This document shows positions 59,054 through 64,000 of a stretch of DNA of 64,000 bases, one piece after another. The translations under genes and the position numbers were made by a program. The stretch's first letter is position 1, and each line of letters opens with the position of its first letter. Location of the stretch: positions 244,223 through 308,222 of the forward strand of contig CAWDNM010000001.1 in assembly GCA_963803785.1 (NCBI GenBank). The letters run 5' to 3'. The notes under the pieces were generated by a model that was not told the origin of the DNA, searched no databases, and was given only the letters and a program-made list of their open reading frames with translations. The DNA is from an uncultured Coriobacteriia bacterium. GTDB lineage: Bacteria; Actinomycetota; Coriobacteriia; Anaerosomatales; JAAXUF01.

Positions 59054-59745
59054 CTGCTGCCAACTCCTACTTCGTCGGTGACGAGACCGTCTCGGATGTG
59101 AATGACTCGGTCTGCGTGCTCGGCGACCTCCGGCTCGTGGGTGATGAGCACGATCGTGCGGCCCTGGTCGCGCAGCTTCTTGAAGGTGCTGAGGATGTGA
59201 TCGCCGGTGACCGTGTCGAGGTTGCCGGTCGGCTCGTCCGCCAGGATGAGCGCCGGATCGTTGACCAGTGCGCGAGCGATCGCGACGCGCTGCATCTGCC
59301 CGCCGGAGATCTGGTTGGAGAGCTTGTAGTGCAGCTCCGGCGTGAGTCCGGCGGCCTCCAGCGCGGCGATGGCCTTGCCTTGCCGTTCCCGGTCGGGGGT
59401 GCGCGCGTAGATGAGCGGGAGCGTCACGTTGCGCATGATCGTCGCGCGTGGAAGCAGGTTGAACGACTGGAACACGAAACCGATCTCACGAGCCCGTGCC
59501 TCGGCGAGCTCGACCTCATCGAGCGAGGAGACGTCGACGCCCCGGATCCGGTAGGAGCCACTCGTGGGCGTGTCGAGCAGGCCGAGCAGGTTCATCAGCG
59601 TCGACTTGCCGGAACCCGACGGGCCCATGATCGCGAGGAACTCGCCCTCTTCGACCGTCAGGGAGACGCCCTTGAGCGCCATCGTGTAGCTGTCGCCGGT
59701 CACGTACGTCTTGACCATGTCGTGCACTTCGATGATCGCGCTCAT
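59050..59745 (-). CDS. MacB/YknY-like ABC ATP-binding protein
   Basis: [38 protein letters not shown]. Confidence 0.94.
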   Translation of the reverse strand: MSAIIEVHDMVKTYVTGDSYTMALKGVSLTVEEGEFLAIMGPSGSGKSTLMNLLGLLDTPTSGSYRIRGVDVSSLDEVELAEARAREIGFVFQSFNLLPRATIMRNVTLPLIYARTPDRERQGKAIAALEAAGLTPELHYKLSNQISGGQMQRVAIARALVNDPALILADEPTGNLDTVTGDHILSTFKKLRDQGRTIVLITHEPEVAEHADRVIHIRDGLVTDEVGVGSR

Positions 59746-61217
59746 CAGTTGCCTCCCGGTCCCCCGGGCCCGCCACCGGCACCGCCACCGGGCATCGGCG
59801 GGATGATTGAGAGTCCCCTGCGGCCTGACGACGAGGAGCCGGTCGTTTCGCTCGCAACCGAACCGGTGGCCACGGCCTCGCCCTCGGACAGGCCGCTCTT
59901 GATCTCGGTGTTGGTGTCATCGCTCACGCCCGTGGTGACGACCTTCTGTGTCGTGGCACCGTCCGGCGCGACGACGACCACGTACTTCTCGCCGTCCTTC
60001 GTCTTGACTGCGACGCTCGGCACCGTGAGGACGTTCTCGGCGACCTGGGTTTCGATGTCGGCGGTCGCGGTCATGTCCGGCTTGAGCCGCTCGTCCTGCG
60101 GCGCGAACGAGAGCGTGACGGTGTAGCTGACGACGCCCGACGTGCTCGTGCCGTTGGGCGAGATGGACTTCACCTTCGCCTCGAACGTGGTGTCCTTGAT
60201 CGCGTCGAACGTGATCGTCGCGGACTGGTCGACGCTGACTGAGCTGATGTCGGCCTCGCTGACCGCCACCTCGACGTCGAGGGTGCCCATGTCGGAGATG
60301 GTGATCGACGAGCCCGAGCTGCCGCTGCTCGAGGATGAGGCCGATCCGCCGGAGGACGCGGCGCTTGCGGACGCGGCGGTGCCCGACGAGCCCGACGCGC
60401 TGGAGGTGGAGCCGGCGTTGACGTCGGACCCGACCGAGATGGGCAGGACCGTGACGACCCCGTCGATCGGCGCGGTGACGACCGTATCGCGGGCGGCTTC
60501 GACCGCATCGTTGTACGACTGCTGTGACGAGGTGTAGTTCGCCTGGGCGGCATCGACACCCGCGTCGGCGGCCGCAAGACCCTGGTTCGCGCTGGTCACG
60601 CCCTTCTTGGCGCTTGTCAGCTGGCGCTTTGCCACGGAGATCTGGTCATCGATGCCGGGAGTCGTGGCTGGCTGGCTGCGCAGGTTGTCGAGGTTCTGCT
60701 GCGCCTGCAGCCGTTGGGTCTTGGCGGCATAGACCTGGTTGCTCGCCTGGGTTCTGTTCTGCTTCGCCTGCGCGAGGCTTTGCTTCGACTGAAGCAGTGA
60801 GGCCCTGGCCTGCAGCCGTTGCGTCTCGACGTCGTCGCTCGTGATCGTGTAGAGCCTGTCGCCGGCCGAGACCGACTTGCCCAGGCTCACGTAGAGCTTC
60901 TTCACAGTCCCGCTGATCTTCGGATTCACGGTGACCGAATCGGCGACCACGGTGGTGCCGGTACCTGAGACGAGGATTCGCAGCGTCTGCTTCGTCACCG
61001 GCGCCGTCGACACGCTGGCCTGTGCGCCGGCTTTCGGCCGGAGCAGAGCGAAGGCGGCTGCTCCGGCGATGATCACGACGAGTACGACGACCGTGACCAA
61101 GGCCCAGCGTGACTTGCGCTTGCGGGCAGCAGCCTGTGGTGCGGCTTCAGCGTTCACAGCGCGCCTCCGTCCCGCATCGCGCCGGCTCGGCGCGCCCCTG
61201 GACCGTACTGATCGCAT
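59745..61217 (-). CDS. Efflux membrane-fusion/adaptor protein (MacA/YknX-like)
   Basis: N-terminal TM, coiled coil, APIDGVV, VSEADI, LKPDMTA, EIKSGLSEGE; GGAGG RBS. Confidence 0.9.
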   Translation of the reverse strand: MRSVRSRGAPSRRDAGRRRAVNAEAAPQAAARKRKSRWALVTVVVLVVIIAGAAAFALLRPKAGAQASVSTAPVTKQTLRILVSGTGTTVVADSVTVNPKISGTVKKLYVSLGKSVSAGDRLYTITSDDVETQRLQARASLLQSKQSLAQAKQNRTQASNQVYAAKTQRLQAQQNLDNLRSQPATTPGIDDQISVAKRQLTSAKKGVTSANQGLAAADAGVDAAQANYTSSQQSYNDAVEAARDTVVTAPIDGVVTVLPISVGSDVNAGSTSSASGSSGTAASASAASSGGSASSSSSGSSGSSITISDMGTLDVEVAVSEADISSVSVDQSATITFDAIKDTTFEAKVKSISPNGTSTSGVVSYTVTLSFAPQDERLKPDMTATADIETQVAENVLTVPSVAVKTKDGEKYVVVVAPDGATTQKVVTTGVSDDTNTEIKSGLSEGEAVATGSVASETTGSSSSGRRGLSIIPPMPGGGAGGGPGGPGGN

Positions 61218-61252
61218 GGTTCCTCCTCGGAGACGATGAACTTCATGCTCCG

Positions 61253-61322
61253 AGAGTACGGTCCGAGGGGAGGTGCCGCGTCAGTCTGGGGGTGTCACTT
61301 CGCGTACTCCCGCGGGAGTACG
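61253..61322 (-). promoter_or_regulatory. Exporter promoter with tandem NarL-type 7-2-7 boxes
   Basis: Perfect 20-bp palindrome CGTACTCCCGCGGGAGTACG (61303-61322), degenerate box at 61281-61296, -10 TACTCT at 61253-61258. Confidence 0.7.
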
Positions 61323-61350
61323 AGTGGCTGCCGCGGGCGCCTACGGATGC

Positions 61351-62031
61351 CTAGGAGTCGCTGCTCCCGGCGGTGACGAGCCCGGTCTCGTAGGCGATGG
61401 CGACTAGCTGAGCGCGGTCACGGGCGGCGAGCTTCATCATCACTCGGCTCACGTGCGTCTTGGCGGTCGCCGGGCTGATGAAGAGCTCGGTCGCGATCTC
61501 GGCGTTCGATAGGCCGCGCGCCACGTGGCTCAGCACTTCTCGCTCTCGTTCGGTGAGAACGTCGAGCTGCTCGGGGTTCGCGCGTGCCGGGGACGGGCGA
61601 TGCATGAACTCGGCGATGAGCCTGCGCGTCACCGAGGGGGCAAGCAGCGCGTCGCCTGAATGTACGACCCTGATCGCATCGAGCAGCGTCACCGGGTCGG
61701 TGTCCTTGAGCAGGAAGCCGCTCGCGCCGGCGCGAAGGGCCTCGTAGACGTACTCGTCCAGATCGAATGTGGTCAGGATCAGGACCCGGGTGGCCGCGGT
61801 CGCCGGGTCCGCGGCGATCTCCCTGGTGGCCTCGATTCCGTCCTTGACCGGCATGCGGATGTCCATGAGCACGACGTCGGGCTTCAGTTCGCGGACGAGC
61901 GCCAGCGCCTCAGCGCCGTCGGCCGCCTCCCCCACCGTCTCGAGATCGGACGCCGAGTCGACGAGCACGCGAAAGCCGCCGCGCACGAGCGCTTGGTCGT
62001 CAGCGACGAGAACGCGGATGCGGTCGCTCAC
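61351..62031 (-). CDS. NarL/LuxR-family response regulator
   Basis: VADDQALVR, VLMDIRMP, LTTFD, GFLLKD, LTERERE..GLSNAEIA..TAKTHV. Confidence 0.95.
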   Translation of the reverse strand: MSDRIRVLVADDQALVRGGFRVLVDSASDLETVGEAADGAEALALVRELKPDVVLMDIRMPVKDGIEATREIAADPATAATRVLILTTFDLDEYVYEALRAGASGFLLKDTDPVTLLDAIRVVHSGDALLAPSVTRRLIAEFMHRPSPARANPEQLDVLTEREREVLSHVARGLSNAEIATELFISPATAKTHVSRVMMKLAARDRAQLVAIAYETGLVTAGSSDS

Positions 62032-63295
62032 GACTGTCTCCCCTTGCCGCCGATTGGCAGGTGCGCTCGCACGACGAAACCCGCCGCTCTCCGCAGCGCC
62101 CGCAGACAGCGAGCCCCCGAGCGCCACCGCGCGCTCGCGCATGCCGGCGAGACCGTGACCCGCGCTGGTATCGGCGTGCCCGGGGCCGCGACCGTTGTCG
62201 AGGACCTCGATCGCGAGTTCGCCGTCCTCGCGCCATACACGGACCGTGGCGGAACACGGCCCCGCGTGGCGGATCACGTTGGTCAGCGCCTCCTGCACGA
62301 TCCGGTAGGCAGACGATCCGACAACCGCCGGCAGGTCATCGAGCCCATCACCGAGTTCGAAGGTGACGTCGACGCCGGCGTCGTGCATCGGCCCGCTGAG
62401 TTCGCCGAGCCGCTCCAGGCCGGGCGCAGGCGCGAGCGGTGCATCCGACTCGTCGTTCGAGCGCAGGACACCGAGCATCGCGCGCAGGTCGTCGAGTGCG
62501 TCCTTGCTCGTGCGCCGAATCGCTTCGAGGGCTCGACGCGCTTCGGCAGGGTTGGAGTCGATGACGTGCGCCGCAGCCCCGGACTGCACGGCGATGATCG
62601 AAAGCGAGTGAGCGGTGACGTCGTGCAGCTCGCGGGCGATGTGGAGCCGCTCCTCGTCGACGCGGCGCCGCGCCTCCTCTTCCCGTGTCCGCTCCGCGTC
62701 TACAGCCCGCTGCTCGACTTCGGCGACGTAGGCGCGACGGTTGCGCGTCGCATCGCCCAGCGCGGCCGCGACCGCGATCATGGATACGATCCTGACCGAC
62801 ATCGGCCCAGAACGAGATGGCCACGTAGCCGGGAATCGCCACGGCGAGCTGAAGCGCCGCGGTGAGCCCCGCCGCGATGATGAGGGTGCGGCGGTCGCGC
62901 AACGTGCCGACCGTGTAGAGCGCGATGAGTGGTGCGATGAAGACGAGCGACGGCGGCCCCGGGACGAGGTCGTTGGCCGCCGCAGCAACCGCGGTGACGA
63001 CGAGCACCGGTACGGGATAGCGGCGCCGAAGCGCGAGCGGCAGGAACGCAGCCGCGACGAGGAAGTAGCTGAGGGTGGCCGGGCGGGGCTGGTACAGCGC
63101 CTCGGACGGTCGCGCGGTCGATTCGAGGAAGCTGGCGTCAGGTCGCGGCCCTCCGCCGAAGCCTCCTGAGCGGATGACGAACGGCGGGCGCAGCGTCACC
63201 GAGAGCATGGCCGGGATCATCAACACGACAGCCATGATCGCGTCGACAGCAGTCTCGGGGAGTTTCTTGAGTGTGGCCACGGATAGCTTCTGCAT
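62028..63295 (-). CDS. HisKA_3-type membrane sensor histidine kinase (frameshifted)
   Basis: TM region, ERLHIARELHDVTAH, YRIVQEALTN, DNGRG, GHGLAGMRER. Confidence 0.93.
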
Positions 63296-63301
63296 ACGCT
63301 G

Positions 63302-63369
63302 ATAGTAGCCTCGACGCCCGAGACGCGCATGCACCCTGGGGAGTATCTCGCGCTACGCCCGATGCGTTA
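63302..63369 (-). promoter_or_regulatory. Kinase promoter with tandem 7-2-7 boxes; probably leaderless
   Basis: TGCACCC-tg-GGGAGTA (63330-63345), TACGCCC-ga-TGCGTTA (63354-63369), -10 TACTAT (63302-63307) 6 nt before the ATG. Confidence 0.65.
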
Positions 63370-63371
63370 GC

Positions 63372-64000
63372 TTACGGGCCGTCAGTCGACTCCGACTCGC
63401 GTGCGACGGCCATGACCACCGTTGCACCGGAGGTCGCTGCTGACGGACTCGCCGATTCGGCGGATTGCGGGCTGACGCTGACGTCGAGCTCCTCGCCCTG
63501 CTTCTCGGCAGAGAGCGAGTTCGCCGAGACGGACTCGACGCGCCAGCCGTCTCGGACGAGCGCGGCTCGGACTCTGCGAATCGTCTCGTCGGGAGGCGCG
63601 GACGTGACCCACGCGCAGCGTCCAGGCCCCGTCAGGCGCCGGGGAGATCGGGACGGTCCAGGTCGACACGGGCGTCCCGACCAGCTGCGGCAGCCGCTCG
63701 AGGATCGCCCGCTCGTCGTCCGACCAGGTGGTCCGAACGTACTGGCCGAGACCCAGCGCCGAGAGCACCAGCAGCGAGATGACCGCCACGAGGGTGACGG
63801 TGCCCGAACGTCCGGCGCCGCCCGTGAGATGCAGGATAGCCGCGAGCAGCAGCAGCGGACCCGCCCCAGAACGCAACGAGCAGCCAGACGGCACCGCACC
63901 GCGCACCAGCGCTACACCCGAGACGGACATCGTGAGCAACCCGTCGACGAGCAGAATCCAGTAGCCCGCCCGCGGTGCGTACCACCACACCACTCCACCG
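63372..64000 (-). CDS. Hypothetical membrane protein (partial, frameshifted)
   Basis: Hydrophobic segments in ORF 63382-63993 continuing into the C-terminus of ORF 63372-63899; no family recognised. Confidence 0.5.

Noticed and set aside
61351-62988. Hybrid kinase-response regulator (545-aa ORF)
   Set aside because: The kinase has a normal end in another frame with a GTGA overlap onto the regulator start; indel artefact.

Overview
High-GC (roughly 70%) bacterial chromosomal window. Gene content and order suggest an anaerobic Actinomycetota, probably Coriobacteriia (inference). It is mostly core and cofactor metabolism: a System I* cytochrome c maturation operon (ccmEFABCD, then a HemX/CcsA-like gene), the tilS-hpt-ftsH-folE-folP-(hppA)-folK-panB-panC-nadABC-dedA-birA-bioY-coaX supercluster, an osmoprotectant ABC transporter, futalosine menaquinone genes (mqnE, mqnA, mqnC), Na+/Ca2+ antiporters, an SPFH + Tim44 zinc-ribbon pair, an NDH-2/MTAP-like/deaminase operon, liv, cysK-cymR, and a MacAB/YknXYZ-like exporter with its two-component system. 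Many genes, including essential ones, carry small frameshifts but no evident nonsense stops. I read these as long-read assembly errors, so many gene ends are approximate. I saw no rRNA, tRNA, CRISPR array, transposase or prophage. Best leads: (1) a deaminase plus a divergent MTAP-fold enzyme that may replace MqnB in the futalosine pathway; (2) a GlsB-SPFH-Tim44 zinc-ribbon membrane module; (3) an uncharacterised HTH + enzyme pair upstream of ccm; (4) a tandem-domain CcmE; (5) FolK with a DUF2007-like tail where folB is missing; (6) sequence-readable operators for BirA, CymR and a NarL-type regulator.
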